NCBI RefSeq assembly: GCF_036365525.1
Contig: NC_090375.1
Coordinates: forward strand, 31,739,282 to 31,803,281
Direction: 5' to 3'
Source of the DNA: Heterodontus francisci
Lineage: Eukaryota
Length of the DNA stretch: 64,000 bases
Both the position numbers and the translations under genes were made by a program. Positions 24,300-36,497 of the stretch are shown here, piece after piece. Numbering within the stretch: position 1 is the first letter of the stretch; each line of letters starts with the position of its first letter. The notes below the pieces were generated by a model. That model was not told the DNA's origin. It saw nothing but the letters and a program-made list of their open reading frames with translations, and did no database searches.

Positions 24300-25680
24300 G
24301 GGCCCTATATCGCGAGTGGCTCACGCTACATAAAGGCAACCTGTACCTCTTAAAGGGTTGGTGCATTGTGGCTGCAGGAAAAAAACAGGAAAAGTATGAA
24401 ATTTGAATCTCTGCCGTAATGCTTTGAGGAGTAGCTGAACATGTGAGAGAGTATGCACCGAGGTTTTCTGACAATGCACAGGAGGTCTTGGTGCAAAACA
24501 TGGAGAGAAGGAGAGACATCTTGTGCCCTCATGGAAGCAGGAGGCCCACCAGACATAGGCTCGGGAGGAAGAAGTACCAGCGGACGTCAACGCCAGGAAT
24601 GTTGCTCCAACAACATGCATGCAGTGCAGGAGGAAGTTTGACTGATCACACACGAGTTGTCAAAGTCGGTGAGTTCATCTTCAAATAGCATATCCTACCA
24701 CTGTCCCACGAGCCTCGTCCACTGCTCAATTCACTGCACATCTATCGCCCAGCTACCAATAATCTCTATTAATCAGTACTCTGCCCTAAAGTTCATATGC
24801 TTTATCTCACCCTCACACACTTAGCACTTTCACAAGCCTCAGCCCCACATTTCACAGCTCGCACACACTGGCAGCTATTCGACCATGAGAGCCGTGTCAC
24901 CCAAACATTATGCAGAACACTCACTGACACACTTCCCTCTTTCTTGCTGCAGGTGATGCGTAACAGCAGGATAGAATTGGAGGAGGATAAGTGCGGCTTC
25001 ATGTTTTGACCCCCATGGAGGAGACGGTGCTAGCCATCATGGGAAGGGGAATTCCTGAGGCCACGGCCACTAGTGGGCTAGAAGGATTGATGATGAGATT
25101 GTCTGCATACCTAATCTTCCTTCTCTCTTCCCACCTCTCCTTCATCTCACAATCTTTTCTGACTCACAAGCTGCAGATAGTGACAGCACACACTTCTTAG
25201 CTTCTCCACTCCCCCCACCACAACCCAACCCTTGTGCCTTTTTCATTTCAGGTACCCAAAAACAGGAACTTTTCCAGTCAGAGGAGGTAGGGAAAAAAGA
25301 AAGTGAAGATGAAGAGACACCGTCACTCGCAGAGACTGACACTGCGCTTGTTTTAGAGGCTAGGATAGAGGAGGGATTGGCATATGGTTAGCCACTAGGC
25401 ACAAATAAAAAGGAGCCAGGGTAATGGGAAAGGATAGCACAGGTGCCAGCATGCCAGAGGGCACATCATCAGTTCTGCTGCAGTGGAATCTAATGAAGAC
25501 GTTGATGGGCCAGGCTACAGGACAGGGATGATGGGTGTACACAATCAACTGCTCGGTGCATTAGAAAGCCTGTTAGAAAGACTGCTCTCAATGTCAAGGA
25601 GCATGAAGGAATCCAGCACCAACTTGGCACTGATTTTGCACAGATCTTGGAGCCAATGAGCTGCACTATGGATGTCATGT
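24300..25680 (+). pseudogene. Second-family Harbinger Myb/SANT-like gene relic (3 exon-like blocks)
   Basis: APRFSDNAQEVLVQNMERRRDILCP...QCRRKF; donor GGTGAG near 24669; acceptors TTGCTGCAG (near 24951) and TTCATTTCAG (near 25251); LTPMEETVLAIMG; boundaries approximate. Confidence 0.65.
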
Positions 25681-26354
25681 CTGCATATATGTAAATCTCT
25701 GTGTTACACTGGCCTTTTGGCCCAAATTTCATATTTACAGAATGGCAACACATCACCCAAACAGATGGGAATTTTGCAGCCAGCAAGTAACAAGCAGGAA
25801 TGAAAATCAAACATGAAGTTCATAAAAAGCTATAAAATCAAAAATGGGCAGTCAGTAATAGAATTAAAAAAGATGAACCAATTACATCACAGGTTGCCCA
25901 TTAAACAGAGGGTTTATTGCGACGTGTATCACATTAAAAACACCAAGAGAAGATGTTTAAACAATATTATTTTCTGTGTTTGAAATTCTTGGAATTGTAT
26001 TTTCCTCTATTTGCCTCTCTCAGAATCTCCAACTGGAGTTCCCAATCATGCTCAGCAGGAGAGACTCACCAGATTGAAGACTATAGCCTAGAAATTTGTA
26101 CCCCCTCCATCACCCCCAGAAAACAGTTACCCAGGGACACAGGGAGTGATCCCATGCCTGTATGGATAGGCCCAAGGCATTTGGGGATGCACCTCATTAA
26201 GATCAATTCAGCAAGCTGTGTAGACCCAGCGCATGTCCCAGACAGCTTGCTGGCGAAAAGCACACAAATATCATCCCACCGGTACAACATCCCTCACAGA
26301 AGATGTTAAAGCAGGGGGATCGATTGAGTTTAGAAAGAGGGTGATTGGACAACT

Positions 26355-28850
26355 ATAGCTGGGAAGTGGAAGTTGGGTGGGGGGGTAGTGGTGGCTGGGA
26401 GGGGTTAGTGGTGATTGAGAGGAGGGGCAGTGGTTGCGGGGGGGTGCAGTGGTAGCTGGGAGGGGGTCAGTGGTGGCTGGGAGGGGGTCAGTGGTGGCTG
26501 GGAGGGGGTCAGTGGTGGCTGGGAGGGGGGGAAGTGGAGGCTGGGAGGGGGGGAAGTGGAGGCTGGGAGGGGGGGAAGTGGAGGCTGGGAGGGGGGGAAG
26601 TGGAGGCTGGGAGGGGGGGAAGTGGTGGCTGGGAGGGGGGGAAGTGGTGGCTGGGAGGGGGGGAAGTGGTGACTGGGAGGGGGGAAGTGGTGGCTGGGAG
26701 GGGGGAAGTGGTGGCTGGGAGGGGGTGCAGTGGTGGCTGGGAGGGGGTGCAGTGGTGGCTGGGAGGGGGTGCAGTGGTGGCTGGGAGGGGATGCAGTGGT
26801 GGCTGGGAGGGGATGCAGTGGTGGCTGGGAGGGGATGCAGTGGTGGCTGGGAGGGGGTGCAGTGGTGGCTGGGAGGGGGTGCAGTGGTGGCTGGGAGGGG
26901 GTGCAGTGGTGGCTGGCAGGGGGTGCAGTGGTGGCTGGGAGGGGGTGCAGTGGTGGCTGGGAGGGGTGACAGTGGTGGCTGGGAGGGGTGACAGTGGTGG
27001 CTGGGAGGGGTGACAGTGGTGGCTGGGAGGGGGGACAGTGGTGGCTGGGAGGGGGGACAGTGGTGGCTGGGAGGGGAGGAAGTGGTGGCTGGGAGGGGGG
27101 GATGTGGTGACTGGGAGGGGGGGATGTGGTGACTGGGAGGGGGGGATGTGGTGACTGGGATGGGGGGGTCAATGGTGACTGGGAGGGGGGGAAGTGGTGA
27201 CTGGGAGGGGGGGAAGTGGGGGCTGGGAGGGGGGGAAGTGGTGGCTGGGAGGGGGTGAAGTGGTGGCTGGGAGGGGGTCAGTGGTGGCTGGGAGGGGGTC
27301 AGTGGTGGCTGGGAGGGGGTCAGTGGTGGCTGGGAGGGGGGGAAGTGGTGGCTGGGAGGGGGTCAGTGGTGGCTGGGAGGGGGTCAGTGGTGGCTGGGAG
27401 GGGGTCAGTGGTGGCTGGGAGGGGGTCAGTGGTGGCTGGGAGGGTGGGAAGTGGTGGCTGGGAGGGTGGGAAGTGGTGGCTGGGAGGGGGGGAAGTGGTG
27501 GCTGGGAGGGGGGGAAGTGGTGGCTGGGAGGGGGGGAAGTGGTGGCTGGGAGGGGGGGAAGTGGTGGCTGGGAGGGGGGGAAGTGGTGGCTGGGTGGGGG
27601 GGAAGTGGTGGCTGGGAGGGGGGGGAAGTGGTGGCTGGGAGGGGGGGAAGTGGTGGCTGGGAGGGGGGGAAGTGGTGGCTGGGAGGGGGGGAAGTGGTGG
27701 CTGGGAGGGGGGGAAGTGGTGGCTGGGAGGGGGTGCAGTGGTGGCTGGGAGGGGGTGCAGTGGTGGCTGGGAGGGGGGGAAGTGGTGGCTGGGAGGGGGG
27801 GAAGTGGTGGCTGGGAGGGGTGACAGTGGTGGCTGGGAGGGGTGACAGTGGTGGCTGGGAGGGGAGGAAGTGGTAGCTGGGAGGGGAGGAAGTGGTAGCT
27901 GGGAGGGGGGGGAGGAAGTGGTAGCTGGGAGGGGGTGGAGGAAGTGGTAGCTGGGAGGGGGGGGGGAGGAAGTGGTAGCTGGGAGGGGGGGGGGAGGAAG
28001 TGGTAGCTGGGAGGGGGGGGGGGAAGTGGTGACTGGGAGGGGGGGGGAAGTGGTGACTGGGAGGGGGGGAAGTGGGGGCTGGGATGGGGGGTCAATGGTG
28101 ACTGGGAGGGGGGGGAAGTGGTGGCTGGGATGAGGGGAAGTGGTGGCTGGGATGAGGGAAAGTGGTGGCTGGGAGGGGGTCAGTGGTGGCTGGGAGGGGG
28201 TCAGTGGTGGCTGGGAGTGGGGGGAAGTGGTGGCTGGGAGTGGGGGGAAGTGGTGGCTGGGAGTGGGGGGAAGTGGTGGCTGGGAGTGGGGGGAAGTGGT
28301 GGCTGGGAGTGGGGGGAAGTGGTGGCTGGGAGTGGGGGGAAGTGGTGGCTGGGAGTGGGGGGAAGTGGTGGCTGGGAGTGGGGGGAAGTGGTGGCTGGGA
28401 GTGGGGGGAAGTGGTGGCTGGGAGGGGGGGGAAGTGGTGGCTGGGAGGGGGGGAAGTGGTGGCTGGGAGGGGGTCAGTGGTGGCTGGGAGGGGGTCAGTG
28501 GTGGCTGGGAGGGGGTCAGTGGTGGCTGGGAGGGGGTCAGTGGTGGCTGGGTGGGGGGCAGTGGTGGCTGGGAGGGGGGCAGTGGTGGCTGGGAGGGGGG
28601 CAGTGGTGGCTGGGAGGGGGGCAGTGGTGGCTGGGAGGGGGGGCAGTGGTGCTGGGAGGAGGGGCAGTGGTGACTGGGAGAGGGGGCAGTGGTGACTGGG
28701 AGAGGGGGCAGTGGTGGCTGGGAGGGGGACAGTGGTGGCTGGGAGGGGGACAGTGGTGGCTGGGAGGGGGACAGTGGTGGCTGAGAGGGGGTTTATTGGT
28801 GGCTGGGAAGGGGGGAATAACATTAGCGTGGTGGCTGGGAAGTGAGTAAC
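26355..28850. repeat. G-rich minisatellite, unit about 21-25 bp (AGTGGTGGCTGGGAGGGGG[variable])
   Basis: About 100 tandem units with blocks of variants; the Pro- and Gly-rich ORFs are artefacts. Confidence 0.95.
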
Positions 28851-28879
28851 ACGAGGTGGGAGGAGGTCAGCAGTGTTTT

Positions 28880-29120
28880 CCCATCTGCCAGTGAAACAAT
28901 CGAAGATGCACATGAGGGCCTATACAATAGGCACATGCCAGGACTGCTCTCGGGAGTTCTCCCAATTGACTGGCGTAACTTCACTGGAAGACTGGAGGAA
29001 ACCAAAGGACTACAGCAGTTCAAGAAGGCAGCTCACCACCACCTTCACCAGGGCAATTAGGGATGGACAATAAATGCTGGCCTAGCCAGTGATGCCAACA
29101 TCTCATGAATAAATTTTTTA
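28880..29120 (+). mobile_element. Family-B-type LINE 3' tail
   Basis: GCAGTTCAAGAAGGCAGCTCACCACCACCTT...GGGCAATTAGGGATGG. Confidence 0.6.
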
Positions 29121-31154
29121 AAACCCTGGATTGATGCATTTCTGGAATTACTGTTAAACCTCTGTTGAGGTTATGGCATTTGATGATGCAAACCCCGAAT
29201 TTACCAGCAACAATACTTACTTGAGAACAGAAGAGGGTCCTATCATTGCAGCCCTGGCTTATGGTAACGCATGGATGTATATGGGTGTTATTAGCATATC
29301 CTAAACCGTAAGCCCCTCAGACCACTTACAGCATGACCAGCATCGATCTACCTGAGAGGATATCCAAGCCTAACTTCTAACATCCAAGAAAACTCAGTGC
29401 CCACGAGAGATGGGAGAAAAATCACAAAAAATAAATAAAAGTTGAACTCAACATTTTAATATGTTCAGTACCCACGGAATTTATCACTTGCCTTTGCACA
29501 TCAATATAACTCTCACGTGAAAGAAGTTATTAGGATTTTAGTGTAATCCCTGTAGGATATGATTCTGTGTATGTAGTGAACTTCCCCTGAAGCCCAATAG
29601 GTTTTATTATTTAATAATCTGAAAATATCCCAAGCATTGCAGCCCTGTCGTTCCCTTTGTGTCCTGCACTGTCAGATACTTGTCACAACCTCACAGCTCT
29701 GAATTATTTATTTCCCAATCTTTATGCAGGTCCCTTAGCTGCAAGGATTTTAGCTGTTTGATGTTATATCTCCTCAAGTGACTAAAGACGATACAAACCA
29801 GCCAATGGTTTAACTGTGCTATCCCAGTTCTATTAGTGGCAAAGACCTGCCCATTCAAACTGCTAAGTAAATCCTCTAAGTGCCGAGAGACAATTCAGGC
29901 ATGAAAGCAACTGTTAAAAACTTGACAACATCCAAACTGCTCCCATTTAATCCAGCTCCCAAGGTGCAGAATAATTATAAGTAAACATATGCCTTCATTA
30001 TTTACTTTGCTGATCTCTAATACCCAATCTCTCACACACAAAATAATTGCCAACCAAGGATTAAATGCAATCACTGTTGGATTTTATGCATTTCAAAATA
30101 GAAAAATGTATTCGCTATGGAGATTGTTACATATATTGCCTTTCCTTTCCATTTCTTCACACACAGAATTTCGCTCAACTGAAATTTTGTGTGACATATA
30201 AGCGGAGTGTATAGTAGTTTAAAAAAAAGCAATGACCCTTCTAGAGATTTTCTTAACATATTACCTACAATATTAGCCCGGCTAAATAGAAACACTGGGA
30301 AATACAAGAGCTGCAGGTGTTCCCGTGATCAATGGGAATGCAAACCTAGTCTCGAAAACATGGAGAGGGAGATTTACCCAAAGCTACAGCATCCAATATC
30401 AAATCATCACTTAAAGCTACAGGGTTCCTTTTCCAATATATGTACATACTAATTTCGATCAATTTTCTACATTTATAGTTAATTAATAAGTGATCTTGTT
30501 GATTCAAAAAAAAGATATCCATAAGTCAATTCTTGCAATAGAATTGAAACAACCTTTAGCAGAAAATAGGGGTAATTATGACTTTGGGTGATAGCATAAA
30601 ATGTGCAATATTGGATCAGCTGCCCATAATACATCTCTGGCATTCCCCTCCCCCAACCCCTCACCCAGCAGCACCCCCCACCCCGACTCCCCCGTCACCC
30701 CACTTTTATTTCCACTGATCTGATATTGCTATTTTACAATATTGCCCAATGTCAAAATTACCCCAAATATACTTTTGTTGTAAACAGTGTGATTAGTGTT
30801 ACCTTTTTTTTTTAAGATAGATTGATGGTGCATATCCCAAATCTGATGGTCTATAAAAACGCACCAAACCATCACTGTATGAATTTAAGATTCAAAAACT
30901 TTAAAATAACATTTGACAAATTCATTTGCAGCTCAAAAGGTAGTACACATTGTGAAGGGTCAGTTCTGCTTGTCATTAATTTAGCTATTTACAGCCAATT
31001 AGGTTGATGTAACTGCTTCCAGTCTTGATACCAGTGTAGGATCCCTGCCTATTTCCTGAATCCCTTTTTATCCCCCAGGTAGCAGCACCTTTCATATGCT
31101 TGCTTCAGGTCACACATTGCTGAGGCTGTTTGAAGGCACCACATATTTGTGTTA

Positions 31155-31385
31155 TAAAAACAGAAAGTGCTGGAAATACTCAGCCGGTCTGGCAGTATCT
31201 GTGGAGAGAGAAACAGAGTTAATGTTTCAGGTCTGTGACCTTTCATCAGAACAAGTGATGAAAGGTCACAGACCTGAAACGTCGACTCTGTTTCTCTCTC
31301 CACAGATGCTGCCAGACCTGCTGAGTATTTCCAGCATTTTCTGTTTTTATTTCAGATTTCCAGCATCTGCAGTATTTTGCTTTTA
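31155..31385. mobile_element. Palindromic Penelope-like short element with two inverted hammerhead cores
   Basis: Arms of about 95 bp; minus 31224-31249 CTGATGAAAGGTCACAGACCTGAAAC, plus 31255-31283 GTGATGAAAGGTCACAGACCTGAAACGTC; degenerate flanking repeat CACAT(A)TTTRTGTT. Confidence 0.75.
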
Positions 31386-31659
31386 CACATTTATGTTTAT
31401 TTTTTTCCCGACCTTAGGAAATAGTTTGATGGATGATCCTCAGTGAGGGCTGCATGAGGGTCAGCATACTGACAGCACTTCAAACGTTCTCAATTTCACA
31501 CACCATTCAGCTACTGTTTTCTTGGAAAGGGGTACTCTGGTTAGTCCATTCCTATTTATTGTGCTTTCTTTTTTCTCCTTTTATTTTAAACCAATGTTCT
31601 TCTTACCCTCACCGTTAACTCTACCCTCCACACCACCCCACCATGCCCCCACCCTCCCT

Positions 31660-32310
31660 AGCCGTTGTCTCAGGCTTAGTGCCCTGTTTGACCCCGAGCT
31701 AAGCTTGCATTTCCACAGACTTACCATCATAAAGATAGTCTACTTCCATTGCTGTAATGTCACCCTATCTCAACCCAGCTGTCCAAAACTCTCATTCCTG
31801 TCGTCGTAATTCCCAGCTCCAATCATTCCAATGCTCTCCTGCTGGCTCCCATTCTCCAGGCACGGTAAACTTAAGTTCTTTTGAAACTCTGCTGTCCGTA
31901 TCCTATCCTGCACCAGTCCCGTTCACCAATTACCCCTGTCCTCGCTGGCCTTCATTGGCTTGTGATCCCCTGATACCTCAAATTTAAAATTCCTACCCTT
32001 AAGCTTAAACCATTGCAGGGCCTCACCCTTCCTCATCTCTGTAACTTCCTCCAGCCCTTGTTAATTGTATAGCAATCGAATATTTAATTGGGTATTAACT
32101 GGGGCGTCACTTGTGCTCCCTACATATTGGAGCAGACTGAAACTGTGGTTGTTGGGCTTGGGGATGCATATTTGTAACATGTATCTCTGTAAATAAAAGC
32201 ATATAAATTGTGTAAAGGTTCGGCTCCAGTTCTTTCGTTCACTACCTGGCTTTCTGGAGTAAAACAGCCCTATAGACCCCACTAAACTCTCCACTCCCCT
32301 CACTCTGTGC
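31660..32310 (+). mobile_element. Old L2 LINE 3' fragment (interrupted by solo LTR)
   Basis: Degenerate L2 C-terminal coding: TTGACCCCGAGCTAAGC, ITPVLAGLHWL-like segment, AATTTAAAATT. Confidence 0.6.
32059..32266 (+). mobile_element. Short solo LTR (208 bp)
   Basis: TGTT...AACA termini, 5-bp TSD GCCCT, internal AATAAA; related to 52348-52572. Confidence 0.8.
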
Positions 32311-32505
32311 TGCCTGATATTGTGGAGCCCCAGAGGCAGTGGACTATCTCAGAGCGTTCGGTTTGTGACTGGCGGCCCACCAACCTCGACGGAAATGTGA
32401 CCCAGTCCTACTCAGCTGGCCAAACACATTGGGGGAAAATCCACCCCATCATTTTTAAAAGGTAGCCCAGTGTAACATTAACATTTCTCTTGTTATGGCA
32501 ATAAT

Positions 32506-32860
32506 GGGGCGGCACAGTGGCGCAGTGGTTAGCACCGCAGCCTCACAGCTCCAGGGACCCGGGTTCGATTCTGGGTACTGCCTGTGCGGAGTTTGCAAGT
32601 TCTCCCTGTGTCTGCGTGGGTTTCCTCCGGGTGCTCCGGTTTCCTCCCACATGCCAAAGACTTGCAGGTTGATAGGTTAATTGGCCATTATAAATTGCCC
32701 CTAGTATAGGTAGGTGGTAGGGAAATATATAGGGACAGGTGGGGATGTGATAGGAATATGGGATTAGTGTAGGATTAGTATAAATGGGTGGTTGATGGTC
32801 GGCACAGAATCGCTGGGCCGAAGGGCCTGTTTCAGTGCTGTATCTCTAAACAAACTAAAC
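32506..32860 (+). mobile_element. HE1-type V-SINE
   Basis: A box TGGCGCAGTGG, B box GGTTCGATTC, V domain GTCTGCGTGGGTTTCCTCCGGGTGCTCCGGTTTCCTCCCAC, CR1-like tail and (CTAAA)n. Confidence 0.9.
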
Positions 32861-33289
32861 AATAACAATGATCCAAAGTACTCTCCACCACAAACCCCAC
32901 CCACTAACAATTGGAACTGTTGGAATACAGGAGCTGAACTTCAACCCCTAGCTTTTTTCAAACGGAGTAGTACCAGATGAAACTGCTGCAAAGGGTTTAA
33001 ATGTAGTATGATGGCGGGAAATAAATCAATGGCTTTTCTTTTTAAAGAAGTGATCTTAAGAACCACATTGATGACCCCTGAGAGGTCAAGCTGAGTCACT
33101 TTTGTGCGCCAGCTTGTTTGCAGCATGACACCATTTTGTGTCACAATACAAGCATGCTGCTGCATTAAAGTCAGCGGAGGATGTTATTGGTCTGACAGCA
33201 AATTGAGGGCACCACAGGAGAACGATTTCCACTGGCATCAGATTAAGGTAGTTTGTGGCAATCATATTCACCAGTACAGACAATGGTGG

Positions 33290-33642
33290 GGGCAGCACAG
33301 TGGCGCAGTGGTTAGCACCGCAGCCTCACAGCTCCAGGGACCCGGGTTCGATTCCGGGTACTGCCTGTGTGGAGTTTGCAAGTTCTCCCTGTGTCTGCGT
33401 GGGTTTCCTCCGGGTGCTCCGGTTTCCTCCCACAAGCCAAAAGACTTGCAGGATGGTAGGTAAATTGGCCATTATAAATTGTCACTAGTATAGGTAGGTG
33501 GTAGGGAAATATAGGGACAGGTGGGGATGTTTGGTAGGAATGTGGGATTAGTGTAGGATTAGTATAAATGGGTGGTTGATGGTCGGCACAGACTCGGTGG
33601 GCTGAAGGGCCTGTTTCAGTGCTGTATCTCTAATCTAATCTA
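33290..33642 (+). mobile_element. HE1-type V-SINE
   Basis: Near-identical to 32506-32860; (CTAAT)n tail. Confidence 0.9.
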
Positions 33643-35074
33643 ACAGTTGGTTTGCCAGCAGCTGCATTCTTGAAATGTAAAAGCGCCTTTACAAATGATG
33701 CCTCCCAGAATTCACAAGATATCTAACTCTCTCATGTAGGAAAGAGGGGAAGACTAACAGAGATTGGCAAGGCCACTGGTTTGTGATTTTTGTGATAAGC
33801 TATGGAATCGCAGAGTGCAATCCCCAAGACACTGGTAAAAATCTCGAAAAATCTTATAATCCCATATAATAAAAATGGAATTTGACTCAGTCATCATAAA
33901 CCCTGACTATAAATAGACAATCCCGAAAACACTGGCAAGTATCCTAGCGTTCCCTTCATAAAAACAAAACATAGCTTATCCAGTCACAATAAACCAGTGA
34001 CCCTCATCACTGGGACTCAAGGTGAAGGGTTTCCAATGCTGAAACGTAGCTTTTGGCTCCTTCTTTCTTCTTCAGGGCCCTCCAGCCAAAATATAATGTA
34101 AATTCATTGAATGAACCAAGTGCTAATGCATTAATGACTGGCGACTGGCAGTGACACTGAGGCAGGCAGATGTAGTTTGACATTAATGGAGAGATTTGCC
34201 TGTGGTCATGCGCCAGGGAAAAAAAATAGAGCCACCTGCCTCTTGCCTTCAACCTGGTAATCAGATGTCAGACAAGATTAATTAGCAGCCTGCAGTTTTT
34301 CTGTTTTCCATTGATAGGTAAGATGCATCTCCATAATGTGCGAAAATATTAATGCTGGTTGCAAATTAGGTCGACATTGAGGGAAGCATTTCTTTATTGC
34401 TGGTGCTAGCTGCACTCTGCTTGCTTGTGCAATTTCTTTCTACAAAAATGCTCTACCGTTTTGAATACACTGACAAGGGAAGTACTGAAAGCACTTAATT
34501 GCTCTTTGTGTCAAACTTTGGCTTTCTGCCACAACAGCACAAAATATATTGGAACTTTTAGGACACCCCTTCAGGCTCCCGATGGCCTGATCAATAAGTG
34601 CTCTCCCTGCGTCCCGACCCACAGTGCCCCCACCCTCCCACCCCTCAACCCCGCACCCCACTCCAGTGTAAACACTAAACAATATTCAGCTATGATTTCT
34701 GGTCTAGGTTGAGTTCGCTAGCATCATCTCGAGTATCAGATGGGGGTTAAGGTGGCCCAGAATAGCTGGAGTGGGGCATCTCGTGGTAAGCATCACCCAT
34801 CTGATAGTATTACTTTTACACCATAAATTGCTGGAAATGTGAATTGATAATGGTACTGCTCAGAACAGTGGAGCATCTGGGATCTCATGAAAATCATGCA
34901 CTACAATCTATCTGATTAACCAAGGAAACTTAAGGATAGAGAAAGAAACAGAGCAAAGGAAAAAGAAGAAAATAGGGTGACTAAGAGTTCAATTAGATAG
35001 AGAAAAAGAAATAAAGACCGGGAAAGGAAGAGAGTGAATTGAGAGTGAAAAAAGAGGGACAGGAGTGAAAACTA

Positions 35075-35645
35075 AGAAGGCTGGGCATTTTGCAGTGAGT
35101 AACTCACATCCTGACTCCCCAAAGACTCTCCACCATCTACAAGACATAAGTCAGGAGTGTGATGGAATACTCTCCACTTGCCTGGATGGGTGCAGCTCCA
35201 ACAACACCCAAGAAGCTCGACACCATCCAGGACAAAGCAGCCTGCTTGATCAGCACCCCGTTCACTACCTAAAACATTCACTCCCTCCACCATCAGTGTA
35301 CAGTGGCTGCAGTATGTACCGTCTACAAGATGCACTGCAGCAACTTGCCAAGGCTCCACAGACAGCACCTTCCAAACCCACGACCTCTACCATCTAGAAG
35401 GACAAGGGCAATAGATGCATGGGAACATCACCTCCAAGCCACACACCATCCTGACTTGGAACTATATCACCGTTCCTTCACTGTCGCTGGGTCAAAATCT
35501 GGGAATTCCTTACCTAACAGCACTATCTACACGGACTGCAGCGGTTCAAGAAGGTGGCTCATCACCACCTTCTCAAAGGCAATTAAGGATGGACAATAAA
35601 TGCTGGCCTTGCCAGCGACACTCATATCCCAAGAATGAATAAAAA
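35075..35645 (+). mobile_element. Family-B LINE 3' fragment
   Basis: Reverse-complement match to 61720-62300. Confidence 0.85.
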
Positions 35646-36314
35646 ATGAAATTACATTTTCAAAACTTCGAGGAACAAGTTCCCTTTAAACTGCACAGCT
35701 ACCCGGAAGTTACTGCATAGGTTGCACACAAGTCGTCCCCTTTAAGATACCGCACATGTGTTGCCATGCCAAAAGATTTAAAGATACTGCACACCTAAAT
35801 GTATAGACCATGCAAAACACACACAAAAAAATAGCGGGGACGTTGGGTAATACTTGTGGGAATGAGGCACCACAATTTAATTGTTCCGTTTCTGAGCCTC
35901 TAAGGTTCAGTGTCATAACAGATCATTAATCATCCCAGTTACAGGGTCTTTTTGACATGAATTGCCAGTCCTAAATGGCTGCGGCGAGATTAGTTCTCGT
36001 CAACCGTGTAAATCCAACAAATTCATGACACACAATGGGGAGGCTTGCAACGCAATGTTCATTAATTCTGTTTAGGTAAGGCTAATGACAGAGCAGCACA
36101 AATCTCCCAAAAATTTGTGGAGAATCGGAATGCATGGCTTACCTATTCTTTGTTACAATTTCCTTTTTTTTTAAACACACTAATAATGGCAGGCAGCTTG
36201 AATTTGCCATTATTTTCCTAGCAATTTTTGAGCCAATGGGTCTTAGTGTTTAGGTTGAGGAGGAGAAAAGCAGCTGGGATCTCCACTCCCATCTGGTTCC
36301 CTAATGTCATTTAG

Positions 36315-36497
36315 GGCAGGGAATCTGTTATCCTTACCTGGTCTGGCCTACATGTGACTCTAGACCCACAGCAATGTGGTTGACTCTTAACTGCCTCTGA
36401 AATGGCCTAGCAAGCCACTCAGTTCAAGGGCAATTAGGGATAGGCAACAAATGCTGGTCTTGCCAGTATCGCCCACATCCCATGCAAGAATAAAAAA
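36315..36497 (+). mobile_element. Family-B-tailed SINE 3' fragment
   Basis: CCTTACCTGGTCTGGCCTACATGTGACTC...GGGCAATTAGGGAT. Confidence 0.75.

Noticed and set aside
26405-28913. Extensin/mucin-like Pro-rich and Gly/Trp-rich ORFs
   Set aside because: Open in nearly all frames because the minisatellite lacks stops; unit lengths are not constrained to multiples of 3
32506-32585. tRNA gene-like A/B boxes (also 33290, 41451, 60980)
   Set aside because: These are SINE heads running into SINE bodies and LINE-like tails; no complete cloverleaf
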